Below, one piece after another: positions 1 to 12,053 of a stretch of 64,000 bases of DNA (positions are counted from its first letter, which is position 1; each line of letters starts with the position of its first letter). The notes under the pieces are model-generated. The model was not told the origin of the DNA. It made no database searches and worked only from the letters and a program-made list of their open reading frames with translations. The stretch comes from Octopus sinensis. Lineage: Eukaryota. The stretch lies in assembly GCF_006345805.1 (NCBI RefSeq), contig NC_043010.1, positions 46,562,001 to 46,626,000 of the forward strand, written 5' to 3'. The translations under genes were made by a program, and so were the position numbers.

Positions 1-1914
1 GCTTGTAAGTAATACAGGTTTACTATTATTTGCTAAAAGATATACTAAAGTTATGTGTGGTGTTCTTAATTTGAAGTTGTATTCACATATTGTATAAGTA
101 TACAGAAACTGTATCACTCAAATATTTTAAATGATATTTTTTGCTTCCAGCTAATGTGTTAAACAATCAGCTCTTTGATACCAAAGCTGCATATGCTTAC
201 TTCTAGGTTACATAGAAATTTATGATTTATTCACTAATCCTCTTCCTCTGTTATCAACATTAACATTTTAACATCTGGTATGGGTCAGCTAGGTCTGTAT
301 GATAGCCTGTGTCCCCATTTTGTCTTCATCCTGTTCTTCTATCTCCTCTCTGTTTGGTAATTTAAAAATAGCTAAATTACTTGAAACAAGAGCTGAAGTT
401 TCATAACCTCCCAGTATGTTGTTACAAAAGTCCTAGAATATACACAGTAAATCTTGTATTTAGATTTTTAACTATAACATTTCATTACTGTTATGTATAT
501 TATCAAAGCCAAATAATACTTCTGATATACTAGCAGAACCCATAGAAAGTCAATGCTTTATATATTTCCTTATTTCTACTTTGATGCAAAAATTCATAGC
601 TCATCATAACATTATTTCATTCCGTATTTAATCTTGTTTTAAGTATAGACTCAAAACTTGCTTCTCTATGTTAAATATTTCGTCTTTGATTTCATTCCAA
701 AATTAAGGCTGCTAAAACACGTGACACTAAAATTTTTTAAGCTTCTTATGTTAATTATTTCAATTAAGTTTTTTTGTTTTTTATAAATTCATAGTTAAGG
801 TTGTTTAAAGCATAATACAAACGTGTTGCATCATGTTACAGATTTTGATTGTCTTCAATTTATTACATAGTTATTAAGATTGCTAAAAGTGTAACACTCA
901 AACACATTTAGTGACAAGCATAATATTATGGATAAGGCTGCATGAATATCAATACATATACACACAAGCCAAATTTGTACGTGCACACACACACACAATT
1001 ATATATAATAGATAGTTAAATAACATAATTCTCAAAGAAAGGCATACATTTTGAAGGTGATTGCCAGCTAGCTAAAATGAGATTAATACTGAAACACAGA
1101 CCACCTTTTACTAGTTAAACTGTAGGGTTGAAGAGCAGCCTCTGTGATCATTTGACATGCTGGAAGTAGTTGCCAAATCTTCTTCAAATCATATTCCACT
1201 CTCTTCAAAGAAAAAAGACTCAGTGGATATTGTAGTCTTTGCTATATTCTGTCTATATATAAATGATAGGATGGTTGTGACTGGGATGCTTTTACTCGTA
1301 AGTTATCTTGATTGGGTTAACTTGTGGCTAAACAAAAACAATTGATCATCTTTTATAAAATTTACCCTGAGGTTGTATTTTTCATACTGCCAGACCTTCT
1401 AGTACACTGCTGTGAATTTTGTCTGAGAAGAACAGACCCTTTTTTTTTTTATACCCTTATCACCTTTTCACCACAGTGCCAAACAGATAAAAACTGCCTC
1501 ACTATCTTTGAAACAATAATATAGATAATGACAGTGATGATGATGATGATATTTAGATATATTGATTTCAGATGTTAGCGCAAGGCCAGCAATTGGGGGG
1601 GTAAGTCGGTGACATCACCCCCAGTGCTCAACTGATACTTATTTTATTGATCCCAAAAGGATGAAAGGCAGAATTTGAACTCAGAATGTAAAGACAGATG
1701 AAATTCTGCCAGTTGATCTTAGATATTACTCGTGTTGAAAGCATTTTTTTTTTCTATTTTTTCATAATGTCATATATCTTAAAATTGTCACTTGTATTTT
1801 AATAAATTTCTTCAAAACCGTTTTTTTTTTTATACGACGCACATTGCCTTCCTTTATAACTATTTTGTGTTAAGTTCCTGGAATACACTGGATAAGCTCA
1901 GTTGACTATTTCCT

Positions 1915-2147
1915 TATTTCTTTACTGCCCACAAGGGGCTACACACAGAGGGGACAAACAAGGACAGGCAAACAGATTAAGTCGATTACATCGACCCCAG
2001 TGCATAACTGGTACTTAATTTATCGACCCCAAAAGGATGAAAGGTAAAGTCAACCTTGGCAGAATTTAAACTCAGAACGTAACAGCAGATGAAATATCGC
2101 TAAGCATTTCGCCCGCCATGCTAACGTTTCTGCCAGCTCGCCGCCTT
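1915..2147 (-). mobile_element. tRNA-derived SINE, family A (full length, with TSD)
   Basis: The minus strand has A/B-box-like heads (gctggcagaa...gagtttaaattc) and a gcctttcatcc...gtcgataaattaagtacc core. The 15-bp TSD agttgactatttcct is at 1900-1914 and 2148-2162. Confidence 0.9.
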
Positions 2148-3077
2148 AGTTGACTATTTCCTACTTACAAAAGGACCTTGTCCTAGATGAAAAAAGGGAA
2201 TAATTATTTGAGACAGTTTTCTTCTATTTTATTTTATTATTTTTTCTCCATATGGTTACTACTGCCTAGGATACTAAGAGCAAACCCTTGTAACCAGATG
2301 TACCCGTGTTTTAATTTTGTTTTTGATATTCCTCTTATTGGTATGTCACCTACATGTGTACATGTATTTTAGTTTTGGATAAAGCTTATAGGTAAGCATT
2401 TTGTAACATGATGATACAGGGAAAACATTTTTCTTTTTTCAAATTAAAAACATGCAACATGTCACTATTGATGTGCATGTAATCGGTTCACCAACACTGA
2501 AAATGTTTAAAAATACTTCTATTCAAACCTGCTACATCAGGTTCAAATATTCTACTTGTTTTAAATTCAAAGTGGTCAGATCTAGCTTCACACACCTACC
2601 CTACAATGTCATTCTGAAATAAGCAATTTACATCATTAAAGTTTCCAAGCTACGAAGTAATGCATGATTAATTCAAAACAATTTAATTATATAAGCATTA
2701 CATTTGACAGAAAAATCTGGATGCTAAAGTGTTAATCATTTATATCCCATCTCACTCAAGATATCATCATTGTAATGTCCACTTTTCCATACTTGAATGG
2801 GGTGGACAGAGTTTATTGAAGCAGGTTCTTCTGTAGCAGGATGCCTGTCCAGTCTATCTATCCAAGCTTTGCCTGTTTCCAAGTAAGTTAATATTCCCTA
2901 TGAGCAAACATATTTTCACAGAAAATTGGAAACAGAGGATATCACTTGCTTGATGGTGACATTTACATCTAGCACATGAAGTCAAGGCAAGGATATAGTA
3001 ACACACGCACACAAGTGTGTATGTAAGAGAGGATATTAGTAATGTAATGATAATTATTGATAATATATAAGTATACA

Positions 3078-3403
3078 TATTTCGTTTTTGGATTTGGTTT
3101 GCAAGATTCTTTACATGAGTTCGTGTGTTGAAGCATATTCTGTTGTGTCTGGGGAGAGTCATTTTCTTTTTGTGCCTTATAATGTAACACACTTACCAGT
3201 AAAATTTCCACTTATTTCTTATTTTTATTTTCCTAAAATTTTTGTTGCATCTTGCAACCTTTTCAAGACTATTGAAAAGGTTGCAAGATGCAACGAAAAT
3301 TTTAGGAAAATAAAAATAAGAAAAAAAGTGGAAATTTTACTGGTGAGTGTGTTACATTATAAGGCACAAAATGAAAATGTCTCTCCCCAGACACAACAGA
3401 ATA
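3078..3403. mobile_element. Penelope-like terminal fragment with fold-back inverted repeat
   Basis: Arms 3136-3266 and 3272-3403 are near-perfect reverse complements around a 5-nt spacer. The same family recurs at 11550-11813. The Penelope assignment is inferred from the inverted-terminus architecture and hammerhead-like core. Confidence 0.65.
3269..3305 (+). ncRNA. Minimal hammerhead-like motif with U3-A8 core variant
   Basis: cta-TTGAAAA-g-gttgc-aagat-gcaac-GAAA-ATTT-tag. Same layout as the 42766-42798 motif, with a perfect 5-bp stem II and palindromic AAATTT. Confidence 0.45.
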
Positions 3404-4682
3404 AGTATACATAGATAAACAGAAAAGATCTTTGTATTTTAAATTTTGCAATAAGCCCTGCAAAAATCATGTTTTCAGAACTAATTAAAATACATAAGTT
3501 GTCTTCATGATGGATATGTTTTGGATATCTGTCATTTGACAATGCAGATTCAGTTGTTTGATCAAATGAATAACTTGTTCACTTAATCAATAAGTACATG
3601 GCTGAGTATTCCACAGATATCATCATCATTTTCATCATTTCATGCCTGTTTTCCATGCTGCCATGAGTAAGATGGCTTGACAAGAACTGGTATGGCAATG
3701 GGCTACATAAGGTTCCATTGTCTGTTTTGGGTTGGTTTCTACAGCTGGATGCCCTTCCTAACCCCAACCTCTTTTATGTATAACTTCAACACAATTCTCA
3801 GGCAGAATCAGCATGATGCAGCGTGTGACAAGCCTGTGCATTTCGAATTGCAGGTACAGTTCACTTGAGAGGCTTCTGTAAAATTTCCACCTACCCAATT
3901 TCACTCAGAAGTTATAAATTGACTCAAGGCTATAAAAAAAAATGTCATTTACCCGATATCATACAGTAAGAGTAATCTGGTGCCTCATGGATTGCAAAGC
4001 CAAGCTTCTTAACTATTCTGCCTTACTGTGCCTAGATATCATTAAATCATTAAAGACAGCCAGCTTGAAACTTCATACATCTTCATGTTCTGATATATGG
4101 GTAAATGAAATTAATTTTAATTCACCTTAAAAGACTTAATAATAATTTAACCTTTTTAGTATTCAACCCAACCACACCCGACCTAAATATTCTACCTGTT
4201 TTATGTTCAAACCAGCCAGATCCAGCCTCTCACACCTACCCTACAATGTCCTTTCAAAGAATAAGCAATCACATTATAAAAATTTCAAACCTACAAGGTA
4301 ATTCATGATTAATTTTAAAGAATGTGAATAAATAAGGATTACATTTTACAGAATTAGTTGAATGCTAAGGGATTGAAAAAGACCCAATACATTTCAGTTT
4401 TAAAAAAAAATAGCAAAAAGAAATGAGGTTGTTAATAATTATTATTATGATACAATCAGAAAAGGATAACGTTTGGATTATTTTTGCCAACATTTTGATT
4501 TTGCTTGCAAATTAATGAAATATTTGATGTAGAAGACAAAATGAAATGCAAGAAATATCCTTTGTATTGTTAACTCTTTCATTTCCATATTTCTGTTGAG
4601 ATACAGTGCCTTTTTCTTTTCAATTAATTTTTAAATAATGAAAAATTTAGTAAAATAATTTTGTCATTGAGAAGTAATGTTT

Positions 4683-5017
4683 ATCACCAAATCAATATGA
4701 CTGTCCCATATGTATCAACATGACTACTGTTTTTAACCCCAGGAGGAGCTTCCTCCAGCTGGTTATCGATGCAATCTGCACCCAATATGCATTGCAAGCA
4801 GGGAAGTGAACCCCTACCATCTTCCAGCAGACAAAGGAATCACCAGAGCAGATGGTTTTGTTCTATTTGTTCCCATCATCAGTGGTGAACACCTGTCTGC
4901 TAGAGATGGCAGTAATTCACTCCAGCTTGCAATATATAGAAAACCAAGCGACAATCTGTCACTGATCTTGCAACAAGAGCAATGTAGCTAGCTGGTTAGA
5001 AAATCTCTAAGCTTTCA
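4683..5017. mobile_element. About 335-bp self-complementary insert nested in a TTAA MITE
   Basis: The MITE halves (about 4570-4682 and 5018-5134) rejoin across it. It has an internal imperfect hairpin at about 4791-4933. Confidence 0.6.
4840..4887 (-). ncRNA. Degenerate type I hammerhead motif
   Basis: The minus strand reads tcacca-CTGATGA-tgggaacaaatagaac-aAAAC-catctg-CTC-tggtga. Stem I is a perfect 6 bp, but stem II and G12 are eroded. Confidence 0.45.
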
Positions 5018-5904
5018 TTTGGAACATAAATTAACATGAAATTATGAGGGAAAGTTTTGAGTTTATTTTAAAACAGGAAGTTTGTATCATAGAACCAAGA
5101 GTGGTTTCAGGCATGTTGGTATCAAAAGAGTTAAATTTAACAAAATCTGTGTTGTCTTCATCATAGGCATTTATCTACCTTTCAGTACAACACACACATC
5201 ACTCCTATTAAATGAACATGATTTTGTGTCTATGACAGAACATTTGGATGGTGGCTGAACCTAATAGATATTGCAGCTAAATCTCCCTCAAATCATACCA
5301 TATATTGTCTTCAACAAAGGAGAATACATTGGAAATGTCATCCGTAGTATGCAAAAAAAAAAGAAAGAGGATATGGTCATAGCTGGACTCTGTTTGATCA
5401 GAGGTCTGCTCAATCAAGGCTGATCTAGGGCTAAAGAGCAACCAGTAGCAGCCACTGAGCTTGACTTCAGATCTAAAATATAGCTTCTACATGGTCTCAA
5501 TCAGTGGATCTCAACCAAGGTATGGCCCCTGAGGGTCCATGTATGATTTTTGGAGGTCCACACAACAAAATAGCAAATTGGAGGTCTGCAATAGTATTTT
5601 AAGGGCCCCTGAAAAAATTTTGCTTTAGGTGTAACTATTGATATGTATTGCACAAAACATCTAAGTTTCTTTCTCTAATTTTACATAGTTCAACCTACAC
5701 AAGTTAATGTGTGAAAAACAAAATAGGAATTTTCATAGAAGTTTCTATAAAACTAGTTTTAAATATCGAATGGCCATGGGGTCCACAGAATAAAATAGTA
5801 ATCAAAGGAGTCCATAGATAAAAAAAAAATGGCTGAAAACATGGTCTAGATGGGCACTTTAAGTGCTTGCAAGAACAGCCAAATCTCTCTCTATCATATA
5901 TGCT

Positions 5905-6320
5905 AAATAAAAAATCCTGTTGTCATCTCTGCCCAATTTATACTTGGGCTTTGGTGACCCCTTGACCCTGTATAAATTTTTGTTGCATAATATTATTTGA
6001 ACACACACACACTCATGATGTTTTGGAGTAGCTGTGGTCTATTTAATTGAATGTAGTAAATATTTTCTGCAGACCAACAGTTAGATAAAATTCAACATCA
6101 AAGCTAACTCTAGGATCAGAACTCAATTATTAATCAAAATTAATTACTACTTAACGTATATACCATCTGTGCTACCTTTACAGACCTGATTACAATATCG
6201 CAATAAATTGTATTAAGATAATAGTAATAATAATAGTTTTAAATGTTGGCACAAGGCCAGTAATTTGAAGGAATGTTGGGTTAGTTGCATGATGATATAT
6301 TTCATGATTTTAAGTTTACC
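5905..6320 (+). repeat. Dispersed repeat or paralogous block; second copy at about 43905-44668
   Basis: Colinear shared text (ttggagtagctgt.gtctatt, tagtaaata.tttctgcaga, aattaattact, catctgtgc, caataaattgtatt, cacaaggccag, tgatgatata...atgattttaagttt). Confidence 0.8.
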
Positions 6321-7346
6321 TGTTTTTGAAATAAGTAAGGGTTGAAGCTAAGCAAAGTTTCATATTATATTTTTCAGAGGATTAATAAATATGTTGCTTA
6401 GTTATCAGTAGTCAGGTTCATATAACATACTGCAAGAAGCAAATCAATTCTTGGAATGTTTCCCCAGCACAGCATAGCAAGCAAGCTTGCTAGTCATGCC
6501 TACTATCCAAATGATGATGATGATAATAATAATGATGCTAATAATAATGATGATGATAATAATAATAATAATAATGATGATAATCCTACGCAAAATACTT
6601 TCTATGTAATCTCAAGTTTTAAAACAAACATAATTTTCTCATGGTTTCTTAAACATTCACTAGTACAACACTAAGTACAAAACCAAATATATGGCACCCT
6701 AGGCATAACACCAACATGAACTTCCAACTTGTCTATTGAGGTCTCTGGGTGAGACTTGGAGCTAACTTGTACAAATGCAAAGCAAAAGTCAAACATAGAA
6801 TGATAATAATAATAATAATAATGATGATAATGGTTTCAAATTTTGCCACAAGGGCAGCAATTTTGGGGGACAGGACTAGTCAATTACATCGACCCCAGAG
6901 TGCAGCTGGTACTTATTTTATCAACCCCGAAAGGACGAATAGCAAAGTCAACCTTGGCAGAATTTGTACTCAGAACGTAGCAGCAGACTACCACTAAGCA
7001 TTTTGTGTGGCATACTAATATAATAATAATAATAATAATAATCCTTTCTATTATAAGCACATTTGGGGAGAGGAGGTTAGTCAGTCACATCGACCTTAAT
7101 ACTCTATCATCATCAGTTAACGTCTGCTTTCCATACTGGCATGTGTTGGACAGTTTGACTGAGGACTGGCAAGCCGGAAGGCTACACCTGGCTCCAACCT
7201 GCTAAGCACTGATACTTAATTTATTGACTCTGAAAAGATGAAAGGCAAAGTTAACCTCAGTGGAATTTGAACTCAGAATGTAGCGGCAGCCGAAATACCA
7301 TTAAGCATTTCGCCCGGCATGCTAACAACTCTGCTAGCTTGCCACC

Positions 7347-7405
<59 letters not shown>

Positions 7406-7574
7406 GAAAGAAACAATATTTACTATGTGTTTTAAATACATTATGTGTGGAAAAAAAGATGGAACGGTTATGGCTAGAACACCTATGACATGGGTCTGCT
7501 GAGATAGATTAGAGCAGGCATCAGTAACACAATGACTAATCTAACTTGTGCATTATTTGCCACATGTGTTAATC

Positions 7575-8095
7575 ATCATCATCATCATCATCATCATTTA
7601 ACGTCCGCTTTCCATGCTAGCATGGGTTGGACGGTTCAACTGGGGTCTGGGGAGCCCGAAAGCTGCACCAGTCCAGTCAGATCTGGCAGTGTTTCTACAG
7701 CTGGATGCCCTTCCTAACGCCAACCACTCCGAGAGTGTAGTGGGTGATTTTATGTGCCACCGACACAGGTGCCAGACGAGGCTGACAAACGGCCACGTTC
7801 GGATGGTGTTTTTATGTGCCACCGACACAGGTGCCAGACGAGGCTGGCAGACGGCCACGCTCGGATGGTGTTTTTATGTGCCACCGACACAGGTGCTAGA
7901 CGAGGCTGGCAGACGGCCACGCTCGGATGGTGTTTTTATGTGCCACGACACAGGTGCCAGATGAGGCTGGCAAACGGCCACGATCGGATGGTGCTTGTTA
8001 CGTGCCCACAGCACGGAGGCCAGTCGATGCGGTACTGGCTACGGCCACGTTCGGATGGTTTTCTTATGTGCCACGTGCCACCGGCACTGGTACCA
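7575..8095 (-). mobile_element. RTE 3'-end fragment carrying a 62-bp tandem array
   Basis: (cat)n tail, then reverse-complement match to the 3' end of the RTE at 58320-58485. Units start at 7754, 7816, 7878, 7940 and 8002. Confidence 0.85.
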
Positions 8096-8429
8096 CAAAG
8101 ATACAAATTCCATTGATGTTCATCTATTTTGATTACTGATATTTCACTATACCTTTTACTTAATGTATGTATACATATATGTATGTATATGTGTGTGTGT
8201 GTGTATGTGTGTATATATATATATATATATATTCATGTATGTTATATTGTAATAATTACTGGTACCTTTATATATTAACATATTTTATATTGTATATGTA
8301 AAGCATAATATGTTATACATGTATGTATATTCTTGTAATTGTCAGTTTAGTAAATAAATAAATAAGTTAACATAATATAATGTTTAAAAGTTAATGAACC
8401 ACCTATTGATCCCCTCCATTTTCTTATTG

Positions 8430-8471
<42 letters not shown>

Positions 8472-10327
8472 GATTTCGTAGTGTTGTGTTTTGTAAACAA
8501 ACTTTCCATGTGCATTTTCTGTGATTATTTGGTAACTATAATTTCATAGTGAATTTGGTAGACAGAGGCTGTATGAAAACCCATCTTATGCATGTGTGTG
8601 TCTTTGTGTTTGTCCTCTCCATCACTTGGCACACTGGCTTTGGTTTGTTTATGCCCTTATGAATAAGCAGTTCAGCAAAGGAGACCATTAAAACAAGCAC
8701 TGAGCTTTAAAAATTAATTAATCCTTTAATGGTATTAATTTGTTCAAGTGAACCCTTGAAGGTAGTACCCCAGCATAGTCACTTTCCAATGACTGAAACA
8801 AATAAAAGATAAAAGACAGAGGCATTCATATACCTAAATGAAATTTATATTCAGTATAATATTATTAATATTATTCTTTTATTTAGTTTTACAATGACAT
8901 TATAGGGTAGGTGTGAAAAGCTAGATCTTGATGATTTGAATATAATACAGACAGAATATTTTGGCATGATATGACTGATTTAAATACTAAAGGGTTATGT
9001 GTGGGCAAGGAAGGATGGTGCCAATAATTTTTTTTTAATATTTTATTAACCCTTGAATGACAAGCTGACAGAATCGTTTGCATACCAAGCAAAATGCTTA
9101 GCAGCATTTCGCCCGTCTTTACATTCTGAGTTCAAATTCTGCCACGGTCGACTTTGTCTTTCATCCTTTTGAGGTCAATGAAATAAATACCAGTTGAGCA
9201 CCGGGATTGATGTAATTGACTTAACCCCTCCCCCAAAATTTGTGGCCTTGTTCCAAAATTTGAAACCAATTATTTTATTGTCTCTCTTTTTTTTTTTAAA
9301 GCAGAAAAGGTAAAGTGTCAAAATTACCTTCAAAGTTCAAAACCTTTTAGACTGACTTCTTTCTTCATCCTTCCAAGGTCAATATAATGAGTATCAGTTA
9401 TGGACTAGTGTCACAACATCTCTCCTTTGAAAATCAATGGCCTTGTGCCCATCTAACAAACCAATATGTTAGTAATTTTTATAGCTTATATATGTATATG
9501 TGAATTCAAATACCAAACACTTCTAATTTTTCTATCCCTGAACTGTGCCTATCCCTTGGCACCACCCTTCCCTGCCCATACATAACCCTTTAGTATTTAA
9601 ACCAGTCATATCAGCCCCAAATATTCTGTCTGTATTATATTCAAATTGGCAAGATCTAGCTTTTCACACCTACCCTATAATGTCATTGTAAAACTAAATG
9701 ATCACCTCATCAAATTCTTGAAGCCATGAGATAATGCATGATTGATTCAAAACAATTTGAATAAATAAGTATTACATTTTACAGTGTTATCTGAATGCTG
9801 AAGAGTTAAACATCAGTTGTATAAGCCTTGCTAGGCCTGCAATGTCTATGAACATAGATGCACTTCTTTTGATAATGGACTAGCTTGAAAGAACAGTGTG
9901 CAAGGCCTTCATAAGCCTTCCAAGACAGGTGAGTTTGAGGCAGGCTACAAAATAATTAAGAGAAAGAAATCTAGATGCATGAAATAAATGTGGGCACAAT
10001 TTGACAGTTGAGTGGAGTAGATACCATTGTAACAGTTGGGGGTCAAAATAGGAGCACACCTGTAATAAATTGTTATTGATGTTAACAGTAACCTCTGTCT
10101 TCCCGTTACTTATGAAATATCTTCATTGACACATCCATGTAGTCTGTCAAAATGTTTACCAATATAGATGTCTAATCTAACTTCAGTTTTGAAGTCCAGG
10201 ACCATGGATGTCCTAAAAGTCCTAAACAAAATTACCATGGTTAACCTCATCATTATCATTGCCATCATCCTCATAAGGTCTGAGAGTATTGGAGTCAGAA
10301 GCCTAGCACTTTCACTCCACACACACA

Positions 10328-10375
<48 letters not shown>

Positions 10376-10401
10376 ATATATATATATATATATTATATAT
10401 A

Positions 10402-10445
<44 letters not shown>

Positions 10446-11549
10446 CCCTGCTGCAATGATGATATTCTTCAAAATGGAATTATTTTAATAATATAGCAAT
10501 AATTACCAATAATATTATTCAGATACACTGAGAAGTTAAATTAATTATATTTTATATTTTGCTAAATCCTTCCAAAATTTTGATTACTTTCTCAGCTATG
10601 ATGCACAGTCTTCCTCTTGATTGATAGGCAGATAAACAATCTTTAAAGGCTTAAACAAGGATTTCTAGCATCTGGCTGACACCTTATACATACAGTCTTC
10701 ATATTCTGGTACACGCGTATAAAAATTCTTCTCTCTTCACTCCCACCTTGAAAGATCTAGTACAATGGTACTCAACCATTTTTAACTTACAGACCCCTTT
10801 CATTCCCATTTTACTTGGATGGACCTTCATAGCTATTCTATGTTTAAGAAATCCCATTATATTTTTATAATTAAATATTATTAGGAATTGTATTTAAAAA
10901 ATTGTTAAAATACTTGGTTTGTTGTAGAAGCTACAAGACAATCATGGTTAATTCAAAGCAACATGAATGAGTAAGCATTAAATTTGACAAAATAATCTGA
11001 ATGCTATTGGGTCAATAGTTACAATATTGTGCTTGAATAGGCTATGGGCTCAATTCTTGCACTAAGCACTGTATTGTGTCCTTGTAGGGTTAGTCTTAAG
11101 CCAATAAAACAAATTTGTTTAAATTGAGCCCTGCACACATGCTCAAGCAGAGGACAGACACTATAACAAATTTTTAGTATATCATTGTGGCTAATAGTGG
11201 AACCTCAATCCCTCAATGCTTTTTGGCTACGACTAGCACATGACATGAAGCATAAAATATCAATCTTCAGCTTTTGTAAAATAGAGAGCCCCACCAACAA
11301 TTATCTACTTAGACCCCACACTTCCTAACACCCCACACTTCCTAACACTGGCCCTGGTCCTTGAACAAGGTACTTCACACTATTTCAATCAATTCAGCTA
11401 AATATGAGTATCAGTGGCAACTGATGTGGGTTACCTCTGCAATGGACTGAGACCCAATTCAAAGAGGAGCCTTGTACTCTCACTTACTTAAATACCTATG
11501 AAACCAAGCTAAGCTCTGTCCTGATGAGTCTAGGTTTATAACAGACATA

Positions 11550-11813
11550 TGTTTCGTTTTTGGATTTGGTTTGCAAGCTTCTTTATATGAGTTCGTGTGT
11601 TGAAGCACATTCTGTTGTGTCTGGGGAGAGTAATTTTCTTTTTGTGCCTTATAATGTAACACACTCACCGGTAAAATTTCCACTTATTTCTTATTTTTAT
11701 TTTCTTCAAATTTTCGTTGCGTTTTGCAACCTTGAAATAAGTGGAAATTTTACCGGTGAGTGTATTACATTATAAGGTACAAAAAGAAAATAACTCTCCC
11801 CAGACACAACAGA
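11550..11813. mobile_element. Second copy of the same Penelope-like fold-back family
   Basis: Colinear with 3078-3262, then an inverted arm from 11734 (gaaataagtggaaatttt...cagacacaacaga). Confidence 0.65.
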
Positions 11814-11826
11814 CATGTGTTTAACT

Positions 11827-12053
11827 TTAACCCTTTAGTGTTCAGATTATTCTATCAAACACAATGCCTATTGATTCCCATTGATTTGAATTAATCATAC
11901 ATTATCTCATATCTTCAAGATCTTGATGGTGTAATTACTTAATTTAGAATAGCATTGTAGGGTAGGTGTGAGAGCCTGGATCTGGTTAGTTTGAACATAA
12001 AACAGATTAACTATTTTGGCCGGATACGGCCGGTTTAAATACTAAAGGGTTAA
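11827..12053. mobile_element. piggyBac-type MITE family 1 (TTAA-flanked)
   Basis: ttaa-ccctttagt...actaaaggg-ttaa. Other copies lie at about 2520-2735, 4147-4375, 9583-9809, 16178-16908 (interrupted), 43655-43882 and 53205-53424. Confidence 0.8.

Noticed and set aside
7754-8095. Regular repeats of about 62 bp resembling a CRISPR array, with overlapping ORFs
   Set aside because: The whole units repeat with no unique spacers, the context is eukaryotic, and the array is part of an RTE 3' tail.
11498-11535. CTGATGA motif (gtcctgatgagtc)
   Set aside because: No downstream stem II-GAAA arrangement. It is the tail of a family-C-like SINE.
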